From the IMG/VR virus record IMGVR_UViG_3300044984_001421, positions 1-64,000 of that record: a stretch of DNA of 64,000 bases; one strand, given 5' to 3'. The DNA is from a virus. The notes under the pieces were generated by a model, which saw only the letters and a list, made by a program, of their open reading frames with translations, was not told the DNA's origin and did not search any database. Made by a program: the position numbers and the translations under genes. Shown here in pieces: positions 9,494-19,848 of the stretch; the first letter of the stretch is position 1, and every line of letters begins with the position of its first letter.

Positions 9494-9922
9494 TTACGAC
9501 AGAACAAGAGCCGGCAATTCGGCCAGCAATTCAGAAGCGGTCGGTACCGGCCGATTCCCGGCTACAACGTCAGCCATGATGGCGTAACACGACCCCCATA
9601 CCGCGCCACGCCATGCCACAAAAGCGGCACCTTCAGCCTGGAACGGATTCGCCGCACCAGCATAGGAGCAGGCGCTGACGATGTTGTCGTAGCCAGATGC
9701 TATTGCGGCCGCGTCAAGGTGAGACTGAACCAGTCCGGAGAGCCGCGACACCACGATGTCAGCTTCTACTTCGGCAAGTTTTTCGTTGACCAGCGCTTCA
9801 GAAATGACAGGCGTATCTCCCCATATCACGCTGCCATACACGTCTTCACCGATGACGGAAATCGCTGCATCCGGGTTTATTTTTTTGATTGCTGCAATTA
9901 TTTTGGACATTTGATTCCTCAA
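9494..9922 (-). CDS. Tail fibre assembly/chaperone-like protein
   Basis: VQSHLDAAA...GYDNIVSACSYA..AFVAWR..W..ELLAELP; downstream of the fibre gene. Confidence 0.7.
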   Translation of the reverse strand: MRNQMSKIIAAIKKINPDAAISVIGEDVYGSVIWGDTPVISEALVNEKLAEVEADIVVSRLSGLVQSHLDAAAIASGYDNIVSACSYAGAANPFQAEGAAFVAWRGAVWGSCYAIMADVVAGNRPVPTASELLAELPALVLS

Positions 9923-10602
9923 TCAATTTCTTCCAGAGTTAGCAAACCATGCAGAGATCCGCCAAGATCTTCGGATGCGCCACCATTGATATACCAGTTG
10001 TCCACAGAATTACGACGCCCAACACGAACCGTGTAGGTTGTCGCTGCTACAGACGCAGGCGAATCAACAAACTCAAGGCAGAAAGGAACCTCGTAAGTAT
10101 AAAAACTACGCATCGATCCTACGCAAACAGAGCCCCTGAAAATAGCGACAATCACGCCTGTAGATGCGTTTCCAGAGGCAGTCAGAGTGGCGCGGACCCG
10201 CACTTTTCTAGAGGATGAAGATGGCGTTATCGACAGGCTGGCTACCTGGGTGCCTTCGCTTGACAACGGAACAGTATCGTCATCCGGGATGAACGTCGTC
10301 CCTGTAGCGGATGGGATGTCGACATGCTGAATCTGGTAAATGCCAGATTGAGATGCTGCCAGCGCAGCATCCAACTCAGCAGCCGTCGTGTAGGTCGGAT
10401 GCGGGTCAACAGCGGCAACGTGGGCTGCCATGCTCGTCGCAGATTCGAGCGCGTCGACTCTCGACTTCAAATAAACCGTCCGATTCGCCAGGTTTTTAAG
10501 CGGAGCATTTGCGACGCCAGCTTCACCACCGATAGCTGGGTCCGTTGTCTCGAGCCGGTAGACTCCGGCATCCCATTGGTTCAGTTCGCCTAAATTCGCC
10601 AT
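9919..10602 (-). CDS. Short tail fibre protein
   Basis: MANL.E..W..GVY.LET.D...GG..G.AN..L..LANRT.YLK anchor and HVAAVDPHP.Y motif. Confidence 0.75.
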   Translation of the reverse strand: MANLGELNQWDAGVYRLETTDPAIGGEAGVANAPLKNLANRTVYLKSRVDALESATSMAAHVAAVDPHPTYTTAAELDAALAASQSGIYQIQHVDIPSATGTTFIPDDDTVPLSSEGTQVASLSITPSSSSRKVRVRATLTASGNASTGVIVAIFRGSVCVGSMRSFYTYEVPFCLEFVDSPASVAATTYTVRVGRRNSVDNWYINGGASEDLGGSLHGLLTLEEID

Positions 10603-10603
10603 A

Positions 10604-11047
10604 TTAGAACTCGATTCTCCAGATGCCGGTCAGGGCGATGTCGGATGTTTTTTGCAACACAGATGAGCGCGTCTTGCGAGCCATGAGCACACCTGCCGTG
10701 GTCAGCAATCCAAGCTCAAGGATGTTGGTGCCGTTGGCTTCAGCCGTTGTCAGCGAGAACGCGAAGCTGACCGACCGGTCGCTTGGGTAGGTGACGGCAT
10801 CGATCGACTTCAAGAATGCGCTGGTCAGAGATTGGTTGCCGGCCGCAGGAACAGACCCTGACGTGCCAAACCCGATCTTGCTGATGCTGCGATTGTTGAC
10901 GTCGCCGCCCCAGAGCCTGGCGTTCTGGCCTTTCGACAGGTCAACGATGATGTTATCGCCGCTCCATGTCTCGATGAGACGACCACGCTCGTAGACGTTT
11001 AGCGTCAGAAAGCCGCGCTGAGTGGGTACTCGATCAGTGAGTTGCAT
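10604..11047 (-). CDS. Tail collar/fibre attachment protein
   Basis: N.IVD..KIGFGT..EANG..I.ELGL..LMARK..W.I.F. Confidence 0.65.
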   Translation of the reverse strand: MQLTDRVPTQRGFLTLNVYERGRLIETWSGDNIIVDLSKGQNARLWGGDVNNRSISKIGFGTSGSVPAAGNQSLTSAFLKSIDAVTYPSDRSVSFAFSLTTAEANGTNILELGLLTTAGVLMARKTRSSVLQKTSDIALTGIWRIEF

Positions 11048-11172
11048 GACAGAATCATGCCGTCACGACTTCACCAGGATGGGTTGCTACTGCCGGTGAA
11101 CTTGATGCCGATGGTCATGTGGAGTCCTTAGCAGGCCGAATCATGGAAAGTAATAGATGCGGGCTGCAGGGA

Positions 11173-12063
11173 TTAAGCACCGGCAGTAGGTCCGCCACCA
11201 ATTCCAACTGGGTATGTCCGCTCTGTCCACGTCAACCCGTCTGTAGAAGTTGCGTATTCAGTATCCGCTGATGCAAGCATAAACATCTCTGCGCCAGCAC
11301 TGTATGTCAGATTATTAACGATCATCACAGGGGCAGTGCTTTGGGTCCAGCTTGTTCCACCGTTATAGGAAACCAATGAGATTCCGTTGGTGCCATCAAC
11401 AACGACGATCTTGCCGCCCCCATACGCCACTACCGGGTTTTCGATAGAGACTGGAAAAGCCGTTTCCGCCCAAGCAATCCCGTCAGCAGACTTATAAAAG
11501 TACGCCCGCGACCCAGTCAAAAATGCGTAGAAATTAGTGCCGTCAGACAACATTGTCGCGTTACAAAAAATAAAACTAAGTGCTGGTGTCAGTGGATACT
11601 GAAGTGTGTAGCTAATGCCATCTGTCGAAAGATGTGAATTCATTCCAGATGCTGAACTGCCAGACATGTAGCAAATAAGCGATCCGACACTGGCTGAGTT
11701 TCTAGATACGGATATGAATATGGGCATGCGCTAGCTCCAATCAGTTCCATTAGAAGAGCTGCGCTCCCCTGCGATATATAGACTAAGCGAGGCGTTGTAG
11801 TGCAAACCAACCCCCATTGTGCCTGTTAGACCTTTCGTAATCGGGCTGCCTACAATCCATGTCACCGCATCGGCAGAAGTCGCTGTGTAAAAGTATGACG
11901 ATGACCCATCAGCGGCAAGTATGCAGAACTCTGACCCGTTATGTATCGCGTTGTCCCAAGTATATCCAGCCTCTAGAGTTGGAACAGTGACCTCGCTAAA
12001 CGTAACACCACCATCAAGCGACAGCCCTGCTGATGTTAGTGCAGGGTATGTCGTTGGAAGCAC
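11173..12063 (-). pseudogene. BNR/beta-propeller receptor-binding-like domain split by an in-frame TAG at 11731-11733
   Basis: S.DG..W repeats in both ORFs; they are in frame across TAG-CGC-ATG. Confidence 0.5.
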
Positions 12064-12559
12064 TAGAATAGTGCTGTAGTGGGCAACTGAGCGTTACCGC
12101 AGTGATGTGTAGGTAATCCCAGGTTGCCATAATGCCAAGAACGAAGATATTAATCTTCAACTTGCCTGTAGTCACATACGGGAATGTTGCATCAAGCGTA
12201 AAAGTGGTTTCTATGCCGTCCCAAGACGATGTGCTGCTTTCGAGAATGTTATCTTCGTCGTCACGTATGGATATACTAAGCGCGGCCATACCCCCACCAA
12301 AACTCGGATTCACTGCTTCAACCACAATCTGAAGCGATACCGTTCCTTCACTTTGGCATTGTGGTAAAGCAGTGGTGATTTCAATCTCCGGGCTGCCCGC
12401 ATACGGCGCAACGAAATGGTCAGTATCCCAAGTCACACCTGGACCAGCTTCCCATACTGTGTCGTTGAATGCGTATTCGCCGGAACAGCCGTAGCACGCA
12501 GAAGCCGCCGAGCATTCCTCGATCACGTTGATCTTGTCGGTCCAGAAGCACTCGGCCAT
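12014..12559 (-). CDS. Tail-associated protein, paralogue domain copy 2
   Basis: Shares a ~135-aa domain with 12657-13337. Confidence 0.55.
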   Translation of the reverse strand: MAECFWTDKINVIEECSAASACYGCSGEYAFNDTVWEAGPGVTWDTDHFVAPYAGSPEIEITTALPQCQSEGTVSLQIVVEAVNPSFGGGMAALSISIRDDEDNILESSTSSWDGIETTFTLDATFPYVTTGKLKINIFVLGIMATWDYLHITAVTLSCPLQHYSSASNDIPCTNISRAVA

Positions 12560-12656
12560 ATCTTAGCTGTCCGTTAACTCGACTTCGTAACCAAGCTCAA
12601 ACCCTTTGGTCTGGCTGGAAGTAAGCGCATTCGCAAAATCACGACCGAGACAGTCA

Positions 12657-13337
12657 CTAGTGCCCACCAGGGCCGCATCTGACAACTTGATATGCAACAT
12701 CCTCACCGGGAATCGGTTCATATTTCACGCATTGATTCGTCAACGAATCCCAAACCCCGCCGAATGCGGCGCAATTTGTAGCCTCATTCCCTATCATATC
12801 TACGTAACATTCTGATGTGCAGCCTTCTTCTGTGTTGCCAAAGCACCCTGACAGGTCGAGTTCGACACAACTGAGCGTTACCGCAGTGATGTGCAGGTAA
12901 TCCCAGGTTGCCATAAAACCAAGAATAGAAACCACGACTTTCAACTTACCTGTAGTCCCACAGGGGAAATTGGTATCAAAGGTGAACGTGGTTTCCGTGC
13001 CGTCCCAAATTAACTCTTCACTTTCAAAAACATTATCCGACTCATCACGAACGCTGATTGTTAAGTTAGCAGCACCGCCACCCAGACTTGGATTCACCGC
13101 TTCAACAACAATCTGAAGCGATACCGTTCCTTCACTTTGGCACTGCGGCGAATCCGTAATAATTTCAATCTGCGGGCCGCTCGCATACGGCGCAACGAAA
13201 TGATCCGTGTCCCAAGTCACGCCAGTGCCCGCTCCCCATACTGTGTCGTTGAATGCGTATTCGCCAGAACAGCCGTAACAGGCAGTAACACCACCACCAC
13301 CCCCAAACAAAATAAACCCTGCGCCGGGGACTATCAT
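12657..13337 (-). CDS. Tail-associated Cys-rich protein, paralogue domain copy 1
   Basis: ATGA-coupled start MIVPGAGFILFGGGGG; duplicated domain. Confidence 0.55.
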   Translation of the reverse strand: MIVPGAGFILFGGGGGVTACYGCSGEYAFNDTVWGAGTGVTWDTDHFVAPYASGPQIEIITDSPQCQSEGTVSLQIVVEAVNPSLGGGAANLTISVRDESDNVFESEELIWDGTETTFTFDTNFPCGTTGKLKVVVSILGFMATWDYLHITAVTLSCVELDLSGCFGNTEEGCTSECYVDMIGNEATNCAAFGGVWDSLTNQCVKYEPIPGEDVAYQVVRCGPGGH

Positions 13338-13825
13338 GCCAAGTCGCCACCCATCGAACAAATCGCCCTCGTAGCGCCAGGCTCGACGATATAGCTCACC
13401 ACGCACTTCGCACCAAGCGTTGCGCTGATCGTGGGTGTCGTTGCGCCGAAGTACCAGAAAGCATTAAAAGCCAAGGTCTTCGCCGCACTGGCATGTTGCG
13501 TAAAATGAATCACGCCGCTCTGCCCGGCAACCGCATTCGTCGGCGCGGAAAGAGTCGTGTTCTCCGTCAGCGTATGGTTGAAGTTGTTCGACAGATCAAG
13601 GTCAACCGCAATGCTGGCGGACGTGCTGGTCAGCGGGTCGAACGCACCGCGTTGGGCTTTGTTGTATGTGTTGTTGCGCGCAGCGAACTCGTTTAAATAC
13701 TCCGTGCGGTTCAGCAAAGCCTGCGCTTGCTCGTTCATCACGCCACCCGCACCACCCAGGGCAAGCGTCGTTGTCTCAAGCTGGGCAACGCTGTCCATGC
13801 CAGGTATCGCGGTCAAATTCGCCAT
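13334..13825 (-). CDS. Second tail fibre/adaptor
   Basis: N-terminus MANL..LETT..GG..G..N.QAQALLNRT.YL is paralogous to 9919-10602. Confidence 0.65.
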   Translation of the reverse strand: MANLTAIPGMDSVAQLETTTLALGGAGGVMNEQAQALLNRTEYLNEFAARNNTYNKAQRGAFDPLTSTSASIAVDLDLSNNFNHTLTENTTLSAPTNAVAGQSGVIHFTQHASAAKTLAFNAFWYFGATTPTISATLGAKCVVSYIVEPGATRAICSMGGDLA

Positions 13826-13834
13826 GTTTTTTCC

Positions 13835-14911
13835 TTAAATTGATTCGGTTGAGATCAGGCGGCTTCCGAACATCGCAGAACCGTCAAAGCGAACGCTGCC
13901 GTCGTAGCGCCAGACTTCTGTAATGGTGATGTCGCAGCTATCGGTAATTGGCGCGTCGTAGGTGTCAACGATTTCGCTGGACCCGCTGATGCCGATTTGT
14001 CGCATGTAGGTGCCGGCGTCGCGCAGGCGGTTGACCTGTTCGCTCACTGCCTGGATATAGCTGGTGACGTTGGCGTCGCCAAGGATGTCGTATTCGACCA
14101 GCACATCAAACAGACCGTAGGTGCCGGCGATATTGTGGATCGCGTACCGTCGTGAACCATCGAAGTTCCATGTGCCATCGAAGAAGTTGGTTTCAACTGG
14201 TAGCAGCGCGCAATCGACAACACTGGCATCAACGCCGGACGCTTCTTTGATGGCGGCGGCGATGGCGAAGTTGTTGCCCTTCGGGCGCAAGGTCTCGGCG
14301 ACGATGCGCGGCCCGTATGCGGCATCTGATTCGCCAAGGATGCGCTGCACTTTGTAGTAGCTGCCGAGTTCATCGAGCCAGAAGCCCTCGGCTGTGCGCA
14401 AGCTCATCTGTTTGAGCATTTCGATGATCGCTAGCGCGGCATCCGCCAGTTCCGCCGACAGCGACGACACATAGCTCCACAGCAGCGACGTGTAGGCGTA
14501 GAAGTGGTCGCCGTTGGTCTCGTCCTGATTGCCTTCGCCATCCAGCAGCACCAGCGCCGACAGGCTGCCGTAATTGCCGGATTCGTAGACGATCGAGTAG
14601 CCGCCAAGCGATGCGACGTAGTCGGCCAGTTCGGCGATCGTGTATTGCGACAGGTCAATGTTCAGGTTCGATGTGGCGAAGCCATCGCCGCCATCAAGAT
14701 CCTGCGTGCCGTCTAGCCGCCACGTTCCGTCCAGGTAAAGCGGTCTGGCCGTGACAGTTTGCGGATCGACAACCGTGCTCAGAATGCCGTCGCGGATACG
14801 CCAGGTCATCGTGCCCGGATAGCGAATGCGCAATGCCAGTTCGCGGCCAGGGTCTTTGTCGAAGATCCGGTGCAGATGACCGAGCAGTTTTTGGGTCAGC
14901 GCGGAGTTCAT
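13835..14911 (-). CDS. Baseplate wedge protein (gpI-like)
   Basis: TAEG.WLD.LG.YY.V.R..GESD..Y..RI; downstream of the J-like gene. Confidence 0.7.
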   Translation of the reverse strand: MNSALTQKLLGHLHRIFDKDPGRELALRIRYPGTMTWRIRDGILSTVVDPQTVTARPLYLDGTWRLDGTQDLDGGDGFATSNLNIDLSQYTIAELADYVASLGGYSIVYESGNYGSLSALVLLDGEGNQDETNGDHFYAYTSLLWSYVSSLSAELADAALAIIEMLKQMSLRTAEGFWLDELGSYYKVQRILGESDAAYGPRIVAETLRPKGNNFAIAAAIKEASGVDASVVDCALLPVETNFFDGTWNFDGSRRYAIHNIAGTYGLFDVLVEYDILGDANVTSYIQAVSEQVNRLRDAGTYMRQIGISGSSEIVDTYDAPITDSCDITITEVWRYDGSVRFDGSAMFGSRLISTESI

Positions 14912-16026
14912 GTAATCGCCATCGTACCGGCCATGATCTTCTCGTCAGCGTCAACAGCCACGTCGGCTGCCGGCGCGGTGACGGCGCAGTTGTGAATGCC
15001 GTCGATGCCCATGATCAGGGCGATGATTTCGGCGACCAGCGCCGATTGCCCGATACCCAGTCCGCCGAGATATTCAGCCACTGCGACTTCTGCCGCAGCG
15101 ATCGCCACTGCTGAATCGTAATTGTCGGCAATGACCACCGTGGCGGTAACATCTACTTCGACTTCGACAGCGGCCGATACCTCGACAATGACGCCGGCCG
15201 CTTTGTAGCCAGGTACCAGCGTTCCGTCCGTGGCTTCGTAGCCGTCAATGATGGCTTGCGCATCGGCAACCAGATCGACAGATGTGCCGCCGCTACCATT
15301 GTGGATGTAGAGCCACACCAGTGCTGTCGGATAGGTCAGCGGGTCAACAAGATACGGCTCGACAACGGAAACAGAAGCGACGCGCTCAGTTACCAGACCA
15401 TCGGCATTCTTCAGCGTCGCGGTAGATGCGCCGTATTTGATTGCAGCGACAGTGCCGCGAGCGATGTTGCTGATGTAGTCGCGGAAGCGGCTTTTCCGCC
15501 CAGCGTCGTCTTCCAGGTCCGCGCCGTTGACGAAGGCGTTCGGGTTGGAAACGGTCACGCCGGCAATCGCGCTCTGCAACGTGGTCAGCGCCAGCGCAGA
15601 GACGTTGGTATCCACCCCGACATCAGAACAGTAGCAGGTTATGTCGACATAGCTGGCACTGGCGGCAATAACCGCATCGACGCCAGTCAGGTACTGGTAG
15701 CGCCCGCCAGGTTCGGTGACGACAGTTCCGGCTGGAATTGGCGTGTCAGAAGCAGATACCGGCGACAGCGTGAAGCGCACCGTTCCACTTGCGCCTACAG
15801 CTGGCAGCAGCGCGAAGTCGAAGCTGTTGTAGACCGATACCGGGATGGCCTCTTTCAGCCCCCGGAACATCATCTGGTAAAGCTCGTCAATTTCGATTGC
15901 CGGTGCTTCAACCATGGTGCGGGCGACGCCGCCGACGTTGAAGTCGGTGATCTGCGTCTGTGTGGCGCGCATGAAGTTGACCATCGACGCCACAACGGAC
16001 AACGTGTCCTTTATCTGAAATGCCAT
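14908..16026 (-). CDS. Baseplate J-like protein
   Basis: ITDFNVGGVART..EA; G.D.E.D..RK.RF..YI..RGT. Confidence 0.85.
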   Translation of the reverse strand: MAFQIKDTLSVVASMVNFMRATQTQITDFNVGGVARTMVEAPAIEIDELYQMMFRGLKEAIPVSVYNSFDFALLPAVGASGTVRFTLSPVSASDTPIPAGTVVTEPGGRYQYLTGVDAVIAASASYVDITCYCSDVGVDTNVSALALTTLQSAIAGVTVSNPNAFVNGADLEDDAGRKSRFRDYISNIARGTVAAIKYGASTATLKNADGLVTERVASVSVVEPYLVDPLTYPTALVWLYIHNGSGGTSVDLVADAQAIIDGYEATDGTLVPGYKAAGVIVEVSAAVEVEVDVTATVVIADNYDSAVAIAAAEVAVAEYLGGLGIGQSALVAEIIALIMGIDGIHNCAVTAPAADVAVDADEKIMAGTMAIT

Positions 16027-16637
16027 TACGCAATCGCCTCGACGTTGATCGGCACGGCATGAATTGCCTCTGCCCGGATATTGATGCGCAGCACGTCGCC
16101 CTCGACCGCGACCGTGGCTTCCTGCACGCGGCTGATGCGCGGGTCGGCCTGCACGGCTCGCTTGACCAGCGAGCCGGCAACGACGGCATTCGACAGGCTG
16201 TTGCTCGCCCCCAGGAATGGCCGGGTGCCGCAGCCGTAGCGCGGATGAATCAGCAGTTCGCCAGGTTCGGTGACGACAAGATGCCGCAGCGCCTGGCCCA
16301 AGTTATCGACGCCACCGGTCAGCGACAGATTTCCGTCGACTGCCACCAACAGGCCGCGCGTCAACTTGATGTCGTTGCCGAACAGGTCGTCGTTGGTCTC
16401 GTCCTGGATTTCCGCGATGGTGTTCGCTGGAATGCGCAGGCTGTCGCCAGACAGCAGCACGCCGTTTCCGGCCAGCGCCGCGTCATCGGTGATGTATGGG
16501 TAGCGCAGGTTGTTGAGGTCGATCAGATCCGGCCACAGCGCGGCATCGCCCAATTCTCGATCGGCGATGCGTTGCAGTGTGTCGCCGCGCAGCGTGCGGA
16601 TAACGCGATAACCGGGGATGGTCTTGGTCGGCGTCAT
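16026..16637 (-). CDS. LysM plus gp25-like baseplate protein
   Basis: GDTLQRIA..ELGDA..W..L..LN; NL.QAL..GEL..HP.YG. Confidence 0.75.
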   Translation of the reverse strand: MTPTKTIPGYRVIRTLRGDTLQRIADRELGDAALWPDLIDLNNLRYPYITDDAALAGNGVLLSGDSLRIPANTIAEIQDETNDDLFGNDIKLTRGLLVAVDGNLSLTGGVDNLGQALRHLVVTEPGELLIHPRYGCGTRPFLGASNSLSNAVVAGSLVKRAVQADPRISRVQEATVAVEGDVLRINIRAEAIHAVPINVEAIA

Positions 16638-17788
16638 CCGATTGACCCCAGCGTCAAACCGCTGCTGATGCTGTCGATTCGCCGCATAATTTCATCGGCC
16701 GGCAAGGCGTTTTTCAGCGGGTCGCCGCGCAGTTCGTCGGCAGCGGATCGCCCGGCAGTGCTCATGCTGGCCGCAGCAGCCGGATTGGATGGTGATACGC
16801 GGTAAAACGGATTTTCAGCCGCCCAAGGGCTGGTCGGAAATCCGCCACCAGTGCTGGAACAGGTTGATGCGCCGAACAGGTTCGACCAGTCAGGCAACGT
16901 GAACAAGCGCCGAAAACCATTTTGTAGGTTGCACAGCGCGTCGCCGAAATTCGCGGCGATACGTGACAGCACAGCCTTACCGTATTCGGCAATATTGCCA
17001 GCAGTCGCCAGAATCTGGAACGCATTGCGGCTGGCTTCGAGCACCATCGCCGATGTCTTGAACAGTGGCTCGACAGTGCTGTCAATGACGCCTTTTGCTG
17101 CCTTGCCGTACTCGCGCACCTTGGTCAGCATAGCGTCGGACTTGTCGAGCATGGACTGAGCCGTCGCTACCATCGAGGCGGACAGACCAGTATCCTTCAG
17201 TTCCGCGCCGGCTTCCTTGTTCTTGCGCTGCACTTCCGCCAGCGCTGCCAGTGCCAGTTCGTGGCGGGTCGGGTTGTGGATGGCATCAACGACATAATCC
17301 TGGCTAGTGGCGACATCTTCCCAATCCATTGTCCCCAGCACCATCAGCGTTATGTTGTACTGGCTCAACAGCGGGCGCGACTTATGCCTGCGAAGCTGGA
17401 ATGATTGCGGCTGCACATACAGCGCCTGGTTGTTCAATTGGTCGGCCAGCACCAAGCGGATATCGTCCGGGTCGCCGACCTTGGCCTTCGACTCGCGCAG
17501 TTCCTGCCGGCGCTCGACAATCAGCTTGCGCAGTTGCGCGAAGTGTTCCTCTCCATCTTCGGTGCGGCTGCCATGCCAGCCGGTATGGCCGGCAATGTTG
17601 ATCGTGGACAGTCCAGCGCCGAAGTCGTCGGCCCAGGCACCGCCCAGGGTCTGCGTGATGTTGGCGCGCACCGGCTCTGTGCGCGACATTTCTTCCGGCC
17701 GAATAATAAGATCGCGGCCCTCGAGAAAGGTGTCGCGGTCGAACAGCATGAAGCTGATCGGCTTGGATTTTTGCGATGATGGCAGCAT
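16634..17788 (-). CDS. Baseplate/tail tube initiator protein
   Basis: RPEE..R.EP.R..TQTLGGAW.D.FG..I.I.GHTGW; synteny. Confidence 0.6.
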   Translation of the reverse strand: MLPSSQKSKPISFMLFDRDTFLEGRDLIIRPEEMSRTEPVRANITQTLGGAWADDFGAGLSTINIAGHTGWHGSRTEDGEEHFAQLRKLIVERRQELRESKAKVGDPDDIRLVLADQLNNQALYVQPQSFQLRRHKSRPLLSQYNITLMVLGTMDWEDVATSQDYVVDAIHNPTRHELALAALAEVQRKNKEAGAELKDTGLSASMVATAQSMLDKSDAMLTKVREYGKAAKGVIDSTVEPLFKTSAMVLEASRNAFQILATAGNIAEYGKAVLSRIAANFGDALCNLQNGFRRLFTLPDWSNLFGASTCSSTGGGFPTSPWAAENPFYRVSPSNPAAAASMSTAGRSAADELRGDPLKNALPADEIMRRIDSISSGLTLGSIG

Positions 17789-17810
17789 GCGCCAATCATC
17801 GCGTCACGAC

Positions 17811-18407
17811 TCAGGCCGGCACGCCTGTATTCGAACCACCGGACTGCACGCCGCCATGCACATGCGTATCGCCGACGTCCTGGCCGTTATGGGTCAGCGA
17901 TGGCGAGACGATCGCCACGCCAGCCGATGAAATCGTCACCGTGACCGCGCCGACTTGCAGCGCCACCTTGATGTCCTTGCCGGCATTCTTTGTGATCGCC
18001 CATTCCCGATCGTAGTCGTCACCGGTCAGATCCTCATGCGCGACATTCTCGCCGATCCGGATCATCGCGCCGGATGGATGCCGCAATTCAGTCTCGCCGT
18101 CGCGGCCGACGCTCAAATAGACGTCGGACTCATGCCGCCAGATCGCGCGACCATCGGCGAAGCGCATCTGACTGATGCGGGTATTCAGGAAGCCCATGAC
18201 GATCGGAGCACCGTCGATGGTGTCAACGATGGCGATGCCAGGATTTTCTTCGGAGAAGACCGGCAGATCCGCCAGGCCGGTGCGAGCCGTCGCCGGCCCG
18301 ACCATCACTGGCACGCCAAGGCACTTCCAGCCGGTGCGCCAGTCCTCGACGTCGACGGTGTAGGTATCCGGATGCGTGCCGAACACGCGCATGAGTTGAT
18401 TAGCCAT
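17811..18407 (-). CDS. Baseplate spike (gpV-like)
   Basis: C-terminal HVHGGVQSGGSNTGVP metal-binding tip motif. Confidence 0.8.
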   Translation of the reverse strand: MANQLMRVFGTHPDTYTVDVEDWRTGWKCLGVPVMVGPATARTGLADLPVFSEENPGIAIVDTIDGAPIVMGFLNTRISQMRFADGRAIWRHESDVYLSVGRDGETELRHPSGAMIRIGENVAHEDLTGDDYDREWAITKNAGKDIKVALQVGAVTVTISSAGVAIVSPSLTHNGQDVGDTHVHGGVQSGGSNTGVPA

Positions 18408-19848
18408 TCGGTTCTCTTTCGGCCAAGTACGGGAATCCGTTTTCCTGGATTCGGTGCAGGTAGCTCTCGCCGCGCGTCACTTGCAGCGTCGTCTTGAACG
18501 ACTGAAACGGCGTGAACTGCTGCGATACCGACGTCACGTAGAAGCGACTTTCTCGGCTGCCGCGCTTGAGCTTGATGTAGCGACCAGGCTTGATCTCCTC
18601 GTTGCCCCGCATCAGGATCGAGCCTTCTTCGTAGATGACGTTGTTCTCGTTGATCGCGCGCAACTGGCGCAGCCGTTTGCGGTACCAGTCGCCCATCGCC
18701 GCACTCTGCTCCGGCTTCACCGCGCGGTCAGCTTGCAGGCTCATGTCGACGCTGGTATCCGCGCTCTGGTTCGTGCGAGCGTTCATCTTCTTCAACCCGT
18801 AAATATCGGGCGAACAGTTCCGGTTGCCTTCTTCCAGCGCCAGCCCGTTCTGCAGCGCCTGAATCTTGATCCACTCCGGGTTGATGATTTCCGCCATCGG
18901 CGCATCGACCTGGAAGAAGTTGGCAACGTTCGAGTCCGAGCGAGACAAGCTCAACTGCTCCACTTCTGAAATCGACACCGGCACATATTCGTCATGCCAG
19001 GCACCGTCTCCTTCCATGATCAACTTGCCTTCCAGGTCGTAATACGGCACCGGGCGATAGACCAGATAGGCGGAATCCTCGCGGTCTTCGATGAACAGTT
19101 CGTTCCAGCCGATGTCGCACCAGTTCGACATCAACGTCCAGACGTCGCCCTCGTAGTTGGTCATGCCGAACGGGCCGACGCGAGCACCGACGACGCTGGC
19201 GTCAACGTCGAATTGCACCCAGGATTCAAGCCCGCTTTTGAGGAAGAACGCCTTCAGGAACGGTGCTGGCTTGCCTTCCTTTTCTTCACCGGACACCAGG
19301 CTGTTCATGATTGCCTTGACGAAGCCGGCAGGCGTCTGATTACCGAACCACAGCCCATAGGCTTCGTACATCGGAACGCTGGTCAGCAGGTAGTTGCCGT
19401 AGATGTACTCCTTCAGGTAGCTGATCTGCATGATCTGCAGGAACTTGCCGAAGTCGTGCCCTGTGACGGTGATGGTGCGATGCGGCTTGCCGTCCTGGCC
19501 CATGGATTCGTCGCGCGAAACGTGCGACACCAGGCCGCGCATGACGATCGGTAGCTCACCTTTCTGCAAGCGAGCCATGCGGATGACGATCATGTCCATC
19601 GGCTCGATCGAGGCATACAGCGTGTCGTGGCTTTTTGCATCCAGCTTGTCGGCCAGGGTAACGCTGAACGTGCCGGACGGTTGGTTGATGGCGCGATGCG
19701 TGGTCACGCCGCCCATCTCGCCCAGGAAGCCGGTCAGGTCGATATCCGGGATTCTCGACTCGGACAGGTAGGCGATGCGATCTGCACCGAGACGGCGCTG
19801 CACCTTTTTCAAGGTAACGCTGATCTTTGGCGCGAAGGTTGGAATCAT
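18400..19848 (-). CDS. Baseplate hub protein
   Basis: Size and position between tape measure and spike; G.DFGK and I.PG.Y motifs. Confidence 0.65.
   Translation of the reverse strand: MIPTFAPKISVTLKKVQRRLGADRIAYLSESRIPDIDLTGFLGEMGGVTTHRAINQPSGTFSVTLADKLDAKSHDTLYASIEPMDMIVIRMARLQKGELPIVMRGLVSHVSRDESMGQDGKPHRTITVTGHDFGKFLQIMQISYLKEYIYGNYLLTSVPMYEAYGLWFGNQTPAGFVKAIMNSLVSGEEKEGKPAPFLKAFFLKSGLESWVQFDVDASVVGARVGPFGMTNYEGDVWTLMSNWCDIGWNELFIEDREDSAYLVYRPVPYYDLEGKLIMEGDGAWHDEYVPVSISEVEQLSLSRSDSNVANFFQVDAPMAEIINPEWIKIQALQNGLALEEGNRNCSPDIYGLKKMNARTNQSADTSVDMSLQADRAVKPEQSAAMGDWYRKRLRQLRAINENNVIYEEGSILMRGNEEIKPGRYIKLKRGSRESRFYVTSVSQQFTPFQSFKTTLQVTRGESYLHRIQENGFPYLAEREPNG

Noticed and set aside
11731-11733. 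Genome-wide TAG recoding
   Set aside because: Other genes (cI, int) end normally at TAG and long genes are intact; this is a single case.
12086-13281. Diversity-generating retroelement TR/VR pair
   Set aside because: Differences involve all four bases and many are synonymous; no reverse transcriptase in the window.
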